Part shown: positions 19,292 to 30,123 of the stretch, in pieces
Layout: each line of letters opens with the position of its first letter
How positions within the stretch are numbered: the stretch's first letter is position 1
DNA from: Planctomycetota bacterium
GTDB lineage: Bacteria > Planctomycetota > B15-G4
Direction of reading: 5' to 3'
NCBI GenBank assembly: GCA_029259745.1
Contig: JAJDEO010000069.1
Span: forward strand, 129,983-193,982
Length of the DNA: 64,000 nucleotides
Position numbers and translations under genes: made by a program
Notes under the pieces: generated by a model
What the model was told of the DNA's origin: nothing
What the model saw: only the letters and a program-made list of their open reading frames with translations
Database searches by the model: none

Positions 19292-19462
19292 TCAGCCCTT
19301 CGCTGCCTTGAACTTCGTGCGCACCTTCGGGAGGCCGTAGACGGACTCGCCTTCGCTCCAGGTGCCCTTGCGACGCAGCGCTTCGATCCGCTCGACGCGC
19401 GTGAGCACGCTTCTGGACCGCAGCAGGCCGGCCTTGACCTTGAGACTCCTGTGGATCGACAT
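19292..19462 (-). CDS. small basic protein (56 aa), possible ribosome/RNA-associated; not in ORF track
   Basis: Frame with ~90% GC3 reads MSIHRSLKVKAGLLRSRSVLTRVERIEALRRKGTWSEGESVYGLPKVRTKFKAAKG. The listed overlapping ORF 19257..19484 uses a different frame with poor GC3. Confidence 0.45.
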   Translation of the reverse strand: MSIHRSLKVKAGLLRSRSVLTRVERIEALRRKGTWSEGESVYGLPKVRTKFKAAKG

Positions 19463-19576
19463 CGTTCGACTCGCGGGTATTCATCGGGCCGTCGTGGCTC
19501 GGGAACTCCGAGTACGACGCGGACCAGGCATGGTGGCCAATCCTTTCCGCCCGGTCAAGCGACCAGCCAGGGGACG

Positions 19577-20578
19577 CTATTCGGCGGCCGGGTGGCCGAC
19601 GATGAAAGCCGTGTGGAAGGGGCGCTGCTCCTTGCCCAACGGCGTGGTCCGCAGCTGGGCGAGCAGCGGCTCGAGCTCGGCCTTCGTGGCGGCACGCCCC
19701 ACGATCAGCGCGACATCCGTGAATCCGCCGTCGCCGTCGGGCACGCCCGTGACGTTGACCTCGGGGAACCCCAGGCTCTCGAGCCCATCGGCAGCCGCAT
19801 TGGCCGCAGCGAGGTTCGAGCCGTAGCTGACGGCCTGGATCGTGTACTCGCTCGGCGCCGACGAGCTTCCCAGGGCGACGTCCGTGCCCGCATTCGCCAG
19901 GGCCGACTTTTGCAGCGACGGGTTGTCGCCATCGCCTGCGGCAGCGGCGTCGTCACCACCCAGCATCGCCCACAGAGCGAGCCCGACGACGAGCACACCG
20001 GCTGCGCTGAGCAGCAGATACGACAGCGAGCGCGTGCCCGAGGAGATCCCCGGCGGCAGGATCAGCCCGTCGCTCTGGGCCTTCTGCGTGAGTGGACGCG
20101 AGACGGCCGGCGCCTTGGCGGCGGATGACGACTTGACGCTTGGCGGCGTGGATGCGGCCGGGGATCCAGGCGGCTTGCCAACAGCCGGCGCGTCGAGCCC
20201 CACCGGGCGCAGCGGCGGCGGCGTCTCGAGTTCGACACGGCGCGTCGGCGGCTTCTCGTCGACAGGGGCGGCCGGCGCCTCGGAGGCTTCGAGCGCGCGG
20301 CGCTGGGCCAGGATGGCTTCGAGCGCGTTGCTCGGCCCGTCCTCGGCCTCGGTTTCGATCTCCTCGTCGTCGTCAGCCTCGCTGACGGGCTCGGGACGAT
20401 CGTCGATCGTCTCGGCAATCACGGCCGTGGTCTCGTCGCTGTCCTGAGCCTCGCGCGGCGTGCTGACGAGCACCTTGCCCGCCATCGTGCGCCGCCGCTG
20501 TCGCGGGTCACGCGTCGCCGAGTCGAACCCCGCCTTCGACGAGCGGAACAGATCGAGAGGATGCTTGTTCGCGGCCAT
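19577..20578 (-). CDS. SPOR-domain membrane protein (peptidoglycan-binding, septal)
   Basis: ATG 20578 (MAANKHPLDLF...). Acidic and Pro/Ala-rich linker, TM (YLLLSAAGVLVVGLALWAML). C-terminal SPOR-like domain YTIQAVSYGSNLAAANAAADGLESLGFPEV...ALIVGRAATKAELEPLL. Confidence 0.65.
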   Translation of the reverse strand: MAANKHPLDLFRSSKAGFDSATRDPRQRRRTMAGKVLVSTPREAQDSDETTAVIAETIDDRPEPVSEADDDEEIETEAEDGPSNALEAILAQRRALEASEAPAAPVDEKPPTRRVELETPPPLRPVGLDAPAVGKPPGSPAASTPPSVKSSSAAKAPAVSRPLTQKAQSDGLILPPGISSGTRSLSYLLLSAAGVLVVGLALWAMLGGDDAAAAGDGDNPSLQKSALANAGTDVALGSSSAPSEYTIQAVSYGSNLAAANAAADGLESLGFPEVNVTGVPDGDGGFTDVALIVGRAATKAELEPLLAQLRTTPLGKEQRPFHTAFIVGHPAAE

Positions 20579-20629
20579 GATCCGACTCCACAGCGAAGCC
20601 CCGAGCCAATCGGCCCAGGGCACCGAAGT

Positions 20630-20657
20630 CCAAAAACCCGCCCCGAGACGGAGCGGT
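20630..20657 (-). terminator. putative intrinsic terminator (GC stem plus T-run)
   Basis: Minus strand reads ccgctccgtctcggggcgg followed by gttttt. It is one of the very few 5-nt A/T runs in the window and lies between the membrane-protein gene and the SPOR gene. Confidence 0.45.
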
Positions 20658-20736
20658 TCCACCCGCAGGCTAGGCAACGGAAAGGCCCGTTTCTAGCTTG
20701 TGGATGGATCGGGGATGGTCGCGGCGCCGGGCGGCG

Positions 20737-21198
20737 TCACGAGGATGACCGCCGCAGGGTGGCGATGATGGCCCCGACGGCGCCGCCGAGGACGAACGCG
20801 CCCGCCAGCGCGGCCCCGAGCCCGATGACGAGGCCCGCCTGCGGATCGGGCGGCGAGAGCACCTCGAACGCGATCGCCAGCCCGATGAGCGTCGCCCCAC
20901 CGACGATGCCGGCGAAGGCTCGCCGAGCACCCACCACGGCGCCCGCGACAAGCAGCACGATCACGCCCGGCACGACGGAGCGCAGGTGGTCGGCCACGGC
21001 GATCGCGGCCACTCCCAACAGAAGCGCAACCAGCGCCCCGACAACACCGACACCGAGACGGGCGCTTTGTCGCGCTCGCGCAGACACGTCGGTCGAGGCG
21101 CTGTCTTCGGGTTCGTGAGACGTCACGCTGCGAGGTGTCCGTGTGAGAGTGCTGTGGCTCCGCAGCATGTCGCGCGCGAGACCGCGCGACGCCGACAC
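20737..21198 (-). CDS. hypothetical polytopic membrane protein
   Basis: High GC3; hydrophobic Gly/Ala/Val-rich TM segments. 4 nt downstream of the peptidase gene; start uncertain (21198 or 21168). Confidence 0.5.
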   Translation of the reverse strand: MSASRGLARDMLRSHSTLTRTPRSVTSHEPEDSASTDVSARARQSARLGVGVVGALVALLLGVAAIAVADHLRSVVPGVIVLLVAGAVVGARRAFAGIVGGATLIGLAIAFEVLSPPDPQAGLVIGLGAALAGAFVLGGAVGAIIATLRRSSS

Positions 21199-21201
21199 TC
21201 C

Positions 21202-22644
21202 CTACCGCTCGGTGCGGACCTGTTCGCGGAAGAGGCGCTCTTCGGCCTCGAGCGTGCGGCCGTTGGCGCGCTGGTAGGCCTCGGCGAGCGGGGCGCCGTT
21301 GAGCTCGCGCAGCCAGCCCGTGACGCCGATCGTGCCGTGCATCGTGACGACGTGGTCGATGAAGGCGTAAGAGGTCAGGTAGGCGAGCGAGACTTCGTCC
21401 TGGCTCGTGAACTGCATGAACGTGTCGGGCAGTTCGGAGATCTCGGGGATGCCGGTGCGCGGCACGCCCTTGGAGTCGAGATAGTTCGTGAGGCGCGCGA
21501 TGCCGACACCGCGTCCGTGTTGCACGTACTGGGCGATGCCTTCGTTGAGCACGGCCGGACAGCGCGGCGCGATCTCCGAGACGATGAAGTGCGCGTACTC
21601 GTGCCGGAAGGTCGACTCGATCTCGTCGCGTTGGTCTTCGAGCGGCATGTCGCGGATCGAGAGGCGGATCTTGCGATCGAACAGCCCGCCGACCCAGTCG
21701 TGCGTGCCGGTGACATCGCGGAACGTCTCGCGGTCGTAGAGAATCACCGTCGCACGCTGCTGCGGATGGGTGCCGAGCGCGTTGCCGACCTCGGCGCGGG
21801 CGCGCTCGAGCACGCCGGCGAGCTGCGGGCCCCAGAGCGGTGACGAGGGATCGTTCGGCGAGCGGATCACGAACGACGACGTCGTGTCGGTGAGGTAGTC
21901 CTGCTCGACGTCCCACTGACGCCGCGCGCGGTCGAGCAGCGTCTGGGCCACGTCGCGCTGCTTGTCGGTCGCGAAGCTGACGGCGCTCGTGTAGGCCTCG
22001 ATCGCGCCGGGCAGGTCGCCCTGGAGCGTGAGCGTGTCGGCGAAGAGCAGCCAGAGGTCTGGGTTGTCGGGGTGCAGTTCGAGCGCCGGGGCGAGGACGT
22101 CGTGAGCCTCGTCGAGTCGGTAGCGGCGCAGCGCGAGGTTGCCCAGGTGCGCCGCGTAGCCGGGCTGCTCGGGCGCGAGCTCGACGGCGCGGACGAGGTC
22201 GCCCTCGGCGTGGTCGAAGCGCAGCTCGGCGCGCAGATCCTCGGAGCGCTTGTAGAGGGCGTAGGCCAGGTTGGCCATGAGCACGGGATGCTCGGGCTCG
22301 ATCGCCAGCGCCGACTCGAGCGACATCACGGCGTCGCCGGTGCGCCCTTCGGCCAGCGCCGCCTTCGCGTCGTCGACGAGGCCGTTGACGCGCGCGCTGA
22401 CCCCCGGCGTCTGCGCTCCGTCGGGCGCGCTCAGCTGCGGTGTGCTCGGCGTGGCACCCACGACGTCGACCGTCGGCTCAACTGGTGTCGTCTCCGGTCC
22501 GTCGCTCCCCACTCCCTCGGTGAGCGCCTCGGCGAACGACTCCCACTGCGCTGCACTCTGCTCGGTGTACTGCTTCCAGCCGAGCACCGCGACCGCGAAG
22601 AGGATCGTGAGCACGGACACGCTGACGAGCACACGCGTACTCAT
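21202..22644 (-). CDS. TPR-repeat protein with C-terminal HEXXH zinc-metallopeptidase-like domain, membrane-anchored
   Basis: ATG 22644 (MSTRVLVSVSVLTILFAVAVLG TM anchor). TPR-like repeats (ESALAIEPEHPVLMANLAYALYK...). HEYAHF zincin motif. Start overlaps the YkgJ stop. Confidence 0.65.
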   Translation of the reverse strand: MSTRVLVSVSVLTILFAVAVLGWKQYTEQSAAQWESFAEALTEGVGSDGPETTPVEPTVDVVGATPSTPQLSAPDGAQTPGVSARVNGLVDDAKAALAEGRTGDAVMSLESALAIEPEHPVLMANLAYALYKRSEDLRAELRFDHAEGDLVRAVELAPEQPGYAAHLGNLALRRYRLDEAHDVLAPALELHPDNPDLWLLFADTLTLQGDLPGAIEAYTSAVSFATDKQRDVAQTLLDRARRQWDVEQDYLTDTTSSFVIRSPNDPSSPLWGPQLAGVLERARAEVGNALGTHPQQRATVILYDRETFRDVTGTHDWVGGLFDRKIRLSIRDMPLEDQRDEIESTFRHEYAHFIVSEIAPRCPAVLNEGIAQYVQHGRGVGIARLTNYLDSKGVPRTGIPEISELPDTFMQFTSQDEVSLAYLTSYAFIDHVVTMHGTIGVTGWLRELNGAPLAEAYQRANGRTLEAEERLFREQVRTER

Positions 22645-23056
22645 CGCGCTGCCTCGCGCCACTCGGCCGTGGCCTCGACGAAGCGCCGGTAGCTGTACGG
22701 CACGCCCCACCGCTCGTGCAGCGCGCGCAGCTCGCCGTGGAAGCGTTCGTAGGCGTCGGTCATGGCCTCGTCCCAATCGGGATCACAGAAGTACAGCCGG
22801 CAGCCGAGCGGGCGGCCGTCGCGGAGCTTACACAGACCGTCGACGTACCAGGGGCACTGACCTGAGGCCGCCTCGGGAACGGCGCCACCCGCGGCCGCGA
22901 CGGCGTAGTCAGTTTCCATGTCGCTGCAGAACAGCTCGTGCTCGGAGCGCGGGAAGTCGCAGCAGCGCCCGGACATCTCGCAGCGCGGCGAGTGGGACGC
23001 GACGTGCGCGTCGACCCGCTCGTAGAACTCGCGCAGCGCCTCCGTTCGCTCGGCGT

Positions 23057-23060
<4 letters not shown>
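22641..23060 (-). CDS. YkgJ-family Cys-cluster (putative Fe-S/Zn) protein
   Basis: CEMSGRCCDFPRSEHELFCS...CPWYVDGLCKLRDGRPLGCRLYFCD is a UPF0153 CxxCxxCC-type pattern. GTG start. Confidence 0.65.
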
Positions 23061-24178
<1,118 letters not shown>

Positions 24179-24200
24179 GGTGAGACGATCGTACCGCGCG

Positions 24201-25655
24201 ATGAAGGGCACCGCCACGGCAGCTCAAGCTCGCGGCGAGCACGGGACGAAGAGTTGGCTGTTCATCGCCTCCCCCCTCCGGAGCAACACGGTGCCCGGTT
24301 CCACCGACAACGTCGTGCTCAAGTACTGCGAACTCCTCGATGAGTTCATCCGCATCCGCGTCGTGCCCGAGGAAGAGTGCGCTGCGCTCCTCGCCGGGCT
24401 CGAGGTGACCAACCGAGCGGCCTACCACTCGGTCATCGTCCATCGCTGTGTCGTCGAGTACCACGAGCGCGTGCTTCCGATGTTCGAGAAGCACAACAAG
24501 GTCTACCAGACCGAAGCGCTCGTCGAACTCCTCTACCAGATCTGCATCGAGGTCAACCCGCACCTCGAGATCCACTCCGTCACGCTTCCGACGGATGGCT
24601 CGGATCTGGCTCTCGGAGGTGACGCCGAAACCGAAGGCATGCTCGAGGCGGAGCGCGAAGCTCTGCGCGAGAAGGCCGACGACATCGACGTCATCCTCGG
24701 CCAGCGCGTGATCGGCCAGGACAACGCCGTCCGCTCGATCAGCCAGGCCGTGCGCAAGGCCGCCGTCGGACTGCGCGACCCGCGCAAACCGATCGGCGTC
24801 TTCCTCATGGTCGGCCCGACAGGCACCGGCAAGACCGAGATGGCCAAGGCCGTCACGCGTCAGCTCTTCGGCACGCTCACGTCGCTCGTGCGCATCGACT
24901 GCAGCGAGTACGCGCTGCCCCACGAGTACGCCAAGCTGATCGGCGCGCCGCCCGGGTACATCGGTCACAACGAAGGCGGGCAGCTCACCGAGTCGGTCAA
25001 GCAGAAGAAGACCTGCGTGGTGCTGTTCGACGAGATCGAGAAGGCTCACGAGAAGGTCCACAACCTGCTGCTGCAGCTCATGGACGAGGGCACGCTCACG
25101 GACAACAAGGGCGAGCGCATCTCATTCCAGCGCTGCGTGGTGTTGATGACGTCCAACCTCGGCGTCGACGACCTGCGTCGCTTTCAGGACCGCGTCGGAT
25201 TCGGCGGCACGTCGAAGCCCGAACTCGCCGTCGACGCCGTGCGATCGACGGTCGGCGAGGCCGTCAAGAAGGCCTTCAAGCCCGAGTTCATCAACCGCAT
25301 CGACGAGGTCATCCAGTTCCAGCCGCTGACGGTGGAAGACTGCGAGTCGATCGCCAACCTGCAGCTCCAGGAGATGGCCGGCTACCTCTCGCGGACCGGC
25401 GTCGACCTGCGTTTCACGCCGGCGCTCATGAAGTACCTCGCGCGCCAGGGCTGGTCGCCCGAGTACGGCGCGCGCGAGCTGCGTCGCATCATCCGCGACA
25501 CGGTCGAGAACCCGCTCGCCGAGCACCTCATGAAGGGTGACTTCGCCCGCGGCGACCGCGTCACGATCTCGGCCCGCGGCAAGTCGTCGATCGTCATGAC
25601 GAAGCGCGCCAGTCGCCCCAGCACCAAGGACGACCCGCAGCGCGAAGTCGCCTGA
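24201..25655 (+). CDS. AAA+ ATPase, ClpA/ClpB D2-like single-module with novel ~140-aa N-terminal domain
   Basis: GQDNAVRSISQAVRKAAVGLRDPRKPIGVFLMVGPTGTGKTEMAKA..., sensor/arginine finger (GARELRRII) and ClpB_D2-small-like C-terminus. Divergent from the kinase gene. Start ATG 24201 is uncertain; GTG starts downstream are possible. Confidence 0.7.
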   Translation: MKGTATAAQARGEHGTKSWLFIASPLRSNTVPGSTDNVVLKYCELLDEFIRIRVVPEEECAALLAGLEVTNRAAYHSVIVHRCVVEYHERVLPMFEKHNKVYQTEALVELLYQICIEVNPHLEIHSVTLPTDGSDLALGGDAETEGMLEAEREALREKADDIDVILGQRVIGQDNAVRSISQAVRKAAVGLRDPRKPIGVFLMVGPTGTGKTEMAKAVTRQLFGTLTSLVRIDCSEYALPHEYAKLIGAPPGYIGHNEGGQLTESVKQKKTCVVLFDEIEKAHEKVHNLLLQLMDEGTLTDNKGERISFQRCVVLMTSNLGVDDLRRFQDRVGFGGTSKPELAVDAVRSTVGEAVKKAFKPEFINRIDEVIQFQPLTVEDCESIANLQLQEMAGYLSRTGVDLRFTPALMKYLARQGWSPEYGARELRRIIRDTVENPLAEHLMKGDFARGDRVTISARGKSSIVMTKRASRPSTKDDPQREVA

Positions 25656-25748
25656 CGACAACACCACCAGAGATCGCCACCACAGCGCGCGGCCCGGGAC
25701 ATCCTCGGCCGCGCGCTTGTCGTCGTGGTGGCTGGTATCCTCGGAGCC

Positions 25749-26933
25749 ATGACGAATCCCCAGCGGTTTGAAGCTCAGCGTGTCGCCGGTATCGCCCAGT
25801 CGGACATCCGTTTGATGTCGCGACGCTGTATGGAGGTGGGCGCGGTCAACCTCGGGCAGGGCATCTGCGATCAGCCGACGCCGGACCTCGTCAAGGAGGC
25901 GGCCAAGGCGGCGATCGATGCCGACCAGTCGATCTACTCGAAGTACGAGGGGATCGATCCGCTGCGCGCGGCCATCGCGCGCAAGATGAAGAGCTACAAC
26001 GGCATCGAGTGTGATCCCGACACCGACGTGATGGTGTCCGCGGGGTCGACGGGCGCGTTCGTCGCCGCCGTGCTGTCGTTCATCGAGGCCGGCGACGAGG
26101 TGATCCTCTTCTCGCCCTTCTATGGCTACCACCTCAACGTCCTCAAGCTCGCGCGCCCGACGATCAAGCACGTCACGCTGCGCGGGGACAACTGGGAGTT
26201 CGATCCCGACGAACTCGCGGCAGCCTTCACGTCGAAGACAAAAGCGATCATCGTCAACACGCCGGCCAACCCCTGCGGCAAGGTCTTCACGCGCGAGGAG
26301 CTCGCCACGATCGCGGGCCTTTGCCAAGAGCACGACGTGCTCGCGATCACGGACGAGATCTACGAGTACATCCTTTACGACGACCACGAGCACGTCTCGC
26401 TCGCGACGCTGCCCGGCATGGCCGACCGCACGATCACGATCAGCGGCTTCTCGAAAACCTACAACATGACCGGCTGGCGGCTCGGCTACTCCGTCGCGGC
26501 CCAGCCGCTCACCGCGCGCATGGGCGTGGTAGCCGACCTCGTCTACATCTGCCCGCCGACGCCGCTGCAGCACGGCGTCGTCGCGGCCTTCGACCTGCCG
26601 GCCTCGTATTACGAGCAGATGTCGGCCGACTACGCGGCCAAGCGCGCCATGACGATGGAGGCCTGCGATGCCGTGGGCCTGCGCTCGCTGGCGCCGCACG
26701 GGTCGTACTACCTCATGGTGGACGTCCGCGACGCAGGCTTCACGACCGATCGCGAGGCCGCCGACGTCCTGCTGAACCACTGCGGCGTCGCGGCCGTGCC
26801 GGGTTCGTCGTTCTACGTCGATCCGAAGGATGGGGCCACGCAGCTGCGCCTGTGCTTCGCCAAGCAGGATCACGATCTCGAACGGGCCTGCGCCGGGATT
26901 CGCTCGCTGCCCGACGTGATGGCATCTCGCTGA
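25749..26933 (+). CDS. pyridoxal-phosphate-dependent aminotransferase, class I/II (MalY/kynurenine-type)
   Basis: GQGICDQPTP ... SGFSKTYNMTGWRLGY ... class I fold. ATG 25749 (MTNPQRF) chosen over GTG 25725. Confidence 0.8.
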   Translation: MTNPQRFEAQRVAGIAQSDIRLMSRRCMEVGAVNLGQGICDQPTPDLVKEAAKAAIDADQSIYSKYEGIDPLRAAIARKMKSYNGIECDPDTDVMVSAGSTGAFVAAVLSFIEAGDEVILFSPFYGYHLNVLKLARPTIKHVTLRGDNWEFDPDELAAAFTSKTKAIIVNTPANPCGKVFTREELATIAGLCQEHDVLAITDEIYEYILYDDHEHVSLATLPGMADRTITISGFSKTYNMTGWRLGYSVAAQPLTARMGVVADLVYICPPTPLQHGVVAAFDLPASYYEQMSADYAAKRAMTMEACDAVGLRSLAPHGSYYLMVDVRDAGFTTDREAADVLLNHCGVAAVPGSSFYVDPKDGATQLRLCFAKQDHDLERACAGIRSLPDVMASR

Positions 26934-27049
26934 CGGCCGCGAACGGCGGGGCGCCGTGCTGGGACCGGCTGCACACGTAGGCTAAGTTGCGAGCCGACGC
27001 CCCGAGCGCGGGGCGTCATCCCGGCCCCACCTCCGCCCAGCCCCGGCAC

Positions 27050-27829
27050 GTGACCGACTCCCCCACCCTTCCCGACGACGACAGCGACGACGGCCACGAC
27101 AGCCTCGCGCCCGCCGACGCGCCGCCGGCCGAGGCCGTGCCCGAACCCGCGCCGGTCGACATGCCCGGCGCGGCACCGGCCGTCGTCTTCGCCGAGACGC
27201 CCGAGCCGCTCCACCCGAAAATCCGCATCGCGTGGCTCATCGAGGAACTCATCGGCGCGGTCGTCCTCGGCGGCATCGCCTGGTGCGTCGACTTCCTCTG
27301 GCTCTCGCCGCACGTCGACTGGTGGCCCTTCGCGCGCGGGGTGCTCTTCACGGTCGTGCTCGTCGGTCAGCTGGTCTGGGCCGCGATCTCGCCCAAGCTC
27401 ACGTACCGCCACTGGCGCTACGCCGTGCGCGCCCACGACGTGCTCACGATGTCGGGCATCTTCTGGCGCACGCAGCGCTCGGTGCCGCGCCTGCGCATCC
27501 AGCACGTCGAGCTCGAGACGGGCCCGATCACGCGCCGCCTCGGACTCGTCTCGGTCACCTTCTACACGGCCGGCACGGGCGCGGCCGACGCGAAGATCCC
27601 CGGCCTGCGCCCCGAGGTCGCCGAGGCGATCCGCGACCGACTCCTTGAACACGACCTGCCGTCGCTCGCGGCGCGCGAGGCCGTCGGCCACGAGAGCGAC
27701 GCGGGCAACGAAGACGCTGACGACGTCAACTCGGACAAGCCCGCACCGAGCGCCGCGTCGCGCACGGCGCGCAAGCTGCGCGACGTCGAGGGCCAGCTGA
27801 TGCTCTTCACACCCTCCGACGCGTCGTGA
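27050..27829 (+). CDS. bacterial PH-domain (bPH_2/YdbS-like) membrane protein
   Basis: LHPKIRIAWLIEELIGAVVLGGIAW ... two TM helices then a PH-like domain (IQHVELETGPITRRLGLVSVTFYTAG). Acidic Pro-rich N-tail. Start is ambiguous (TTG 26987, GTG 27050 or ATG 27161). Stop overlaps the next gene (GTGA). Confidence 0.6.
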   Translation: MTDSPTLPDDDSDDGHDSLAPADAPPAEAVPEPAPVDMPGAAPAVVFAETPEPLHPKIRIAWLIEELIGAVVLGGIAWCVDFLWLSPHVDWWPFARGVLFTVVLVGQLVWAAISPKLTYRHWRYAVRAHDVLTMSGIFWRTQRSVPRLRIQHVELETGPITRRLGLVSVTFYTAGTGAADAKIPGLRPEVAEAIRDRLLEHDLPSLAAREAVGHESDAGNEDADDVNSDKPAPSAASRTARKLRDVEGQLMLFTPSDAS

Positions 27830-29372
27830 GCGTCACCCTGCCGCCGCCCGCCGAAGCGCCGCTCGACAAGAACGCCGTCGCGCAGTTCAGCGAGCCGCGC
27901 AGGCTGCACGCGATCACGCCCGTCGTCGAGGCCCTGCGGCGCATCCCGGCGTTCATCGTGCCCGCCGGCGCCTTTGCCTTCACGCAGGACCGCGACTCGG
28001 GCGTCTGGATCATCGTCCTCGCCATCGCGGGCTTGATGTCGCTGCTGCGCCCGACGCTGCGCTACATCGCCGTGCGCTACTACGTTCACGCGGGGCACCT
28101 CGTCATCCACGAGGGGCTTTTCATGAAGGTCGACCGGTCGATCCCCGTCGAGCGCACCAGAACATCGACATCAAGCGCGCCCTCGTGCACCGGCTGACGG
28201 GCGTCGCGGAGATGCGCATCGAGACGGCCGGCGGGTCGGACGCCGAGGCCGACCTGACCGTGCTGTCGATGGCCGACGCCGTCGAGCTCCGGAAGCTCGT
28301 GCTCGAGCTGCGCCACGCCAAGCGCGGCGACACCGAGACTCCCCGCGACGAGGACGCCACGTCAGCCGACGACGAGGGCGTCGACGTCGTCGCACTTACG
28401 CTCCCCGACCTGCTCATTGCTGGCGCGACGGCAAACCGCATCGGCGTCATCATCGCAGCGTTCTTCGGCTTGCTCGAGCTCTCGAACTTCGGCGTCGACG
28501 AGCTCCGATCGCTCAGTGAACTCCGCTCGCTCAGGGAGCTCGACGTCGTCGCGCACCAAGAGATCGCGGCCGCGCTCGCCATCATCGCGCTCGTGTTGGC
28601 CGGCTGGCTCGTTTCTATCGTGCTCACCGTCATCACCTACTACGGATTCCGCCTGCGTCGCACCGGCGACGACCTGCGTTCGCGCTACGGATTACTCACG
28701 CAGCACGAGGCCACGATCCCACGCGCGCGACTCCAGGCGTTGCACATCGAGGCCAACCCGCCCCGCCGCCTCACGGGGCACGTCACGGTGACGGCCCACA
28801 CGGCGGGCTCGGGCGACGAGCAAGGCGAGGGATCGTCGCACCCGATTCTGGCGCCGATCCTGCGCGAGACGGACGTCGCGACGCTCGCCCGCGACGTCTT
28901 CCCTTCCTGCGCCCTTGACGCCACGCCCCTGCGCGCCGTCCACCCGCGCTCGCGGCGCCGCGCCTTCGTGCGCGCGTTCCTCGTCCTCGCCGTCCCGACG
29001 CTGATCGCCACGTTCGCGTGGCAGACGCGCGCCGCGTTCGGACTGATCGCCGCCCTGCCGATCGCGGCGCTCTACGGTCATCTACGCTACCGCTCGCTCG
29101 GCTACGCGCTGACGGCGCACCACGTCATCACCCGCAACGGCATCTGGACGCGGCGCATGTGGGTCGTGCCGCTCGAGAAGGTGCAGACGGTGGCCGTGCA
29201 CAGCAGCCCGTTCCAGCGCAGGCTCGGGCTCGCCAGCGTTTCGATCGACACGGCCGGCGGCCACGTGTGGAGCCGGCCGCGGATCATCGACGTCCCGACA
29301 GCCGTCGCCCACCAGATCCTCGAGGAACTCTCGGTGGCGTCCGATCGGACGGGTTCGCTGCGAGGAGTCTGA
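27826..29372 (+). pseudogene. YdbT-like triple bPH-domain membrane protein, interrupted by a 1-nt frameshift (or sequencing error)
   Basis: ORFs 27826..28197 and 28185..29372 are one gene. Frame 1 reads ...SIPVERTRTSTSS* where the family consensus is VERIQNIDIKRALVHRLTGVAEMRIETAGG; the second frame encodes this from QNIDIKR onward. The shift is at ~28155-28158 (gagcgcaCCagaac versus expected gagcgcaTCCagaac). Confidence 0.5.
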
Positions 29373-29542
29373 GCGCACGCCCGTACCGGGCGCCGTTCGG
29401 CTGCGGGACTTCAGGCAAGACGTGCGAGCCGCTCCCCAAGAGCTCGCGCGCACCTTTCTCGCACGAACTTGAAGGTCGCCGGGAGCGCACGACGCACGGG
29501 TTATCATGCGCGGCGTTTTCGACCCCGTGCGCGGAGAGTGCG

Positions 29543-30097
29543 ATGAGTGCAGGCGTGTGTGTTCTGTTGGCCGACGGCTTCGAGGAGATCGAGGCCGTGA
29601 CGATCATCGACGTGCTGAGGCGCGCCGAGCTCGACGTCACGACTGTCGGCGTGAGCGCGCGTGAGGTGCGTGGTGCGCACGGCATCGCGATCGTCGCCGA
29701 CGCGCTGCTCGAGGAGGTCGACGAGACGGCAGACTGGTCGGCCGTCATCCTGCCCGGCGGAATCCCCGGCGCGACGAATCTCCGCGACGACGTCCGCGTC
29801 CAAGCCCTCGTGAAGCGCCAGGACGCCGCCACGAAGCCCGTCGCCGCGATCTGCGCCGCACCGATCGCGCTCGAGCAAGCCGGCATCCTCGCAGGGCGCG
29901 CCGTCACGTCGTACCCGGCCTTCGCCGACCAGCTCACGAGCGCGAACTACAGCGAGGACGCCGTCGTCACCGACGGGCACATCACGACGAGCCGCGGTGT
30001 CGGTACGGCCCTCGCCTTCGCGCACCGCCTCGTCACCGAACTCAAAGACCGCACGACTGCCGACCGACTCGCCGACGCGATGCTCGTGACGCGCTGA
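29543..30097 (+). CDS. DJ-1/PfpI-family protein
   Basis: ATG 29543 preceded by ggagag. VCVLLADGFEEIEAVTIIDVLRRA ... AAICAAP (nucleophile-elbow Cys) ... GHITTSRG. Confidence 0.85.
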   Translation: MSAGVCVLLADGFEEIEAVTIIDVLRRAELDVTTVGVSAREVRGAHGIAIVADALLEEVDETADWSAVILPGGIPGATNLRDDVRVQALVKRQDAATKPVAAICAAPIALEQAGILAGRAVTSYPAFADQLTSANYSEDAVVTDGHITTSRGVGTALAFAHRLVTELKDRTTADRLADAMLVTR

Positions 30098-30123
30098 GCC
30101 CACTCCTCCCGTCGAGACCTCCG

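Noticed and set aside
19440-19500. GTTCGACTC motif resembling a tRNA T-loop
   Set aside because: Flanking sequence cannot form T-stem or acceptor stem. The region is the coding start of the small basic ORF.
29460-29542. Candidate sigma70-like promoter (ttgaag ... ttatca) upstream of the DJ-1 gene
   Set aside because: Spacer of ~26 nt is too long for a canonical -35/-10 pair, and PVC promoters are poorly defined. Not reported as a feature.
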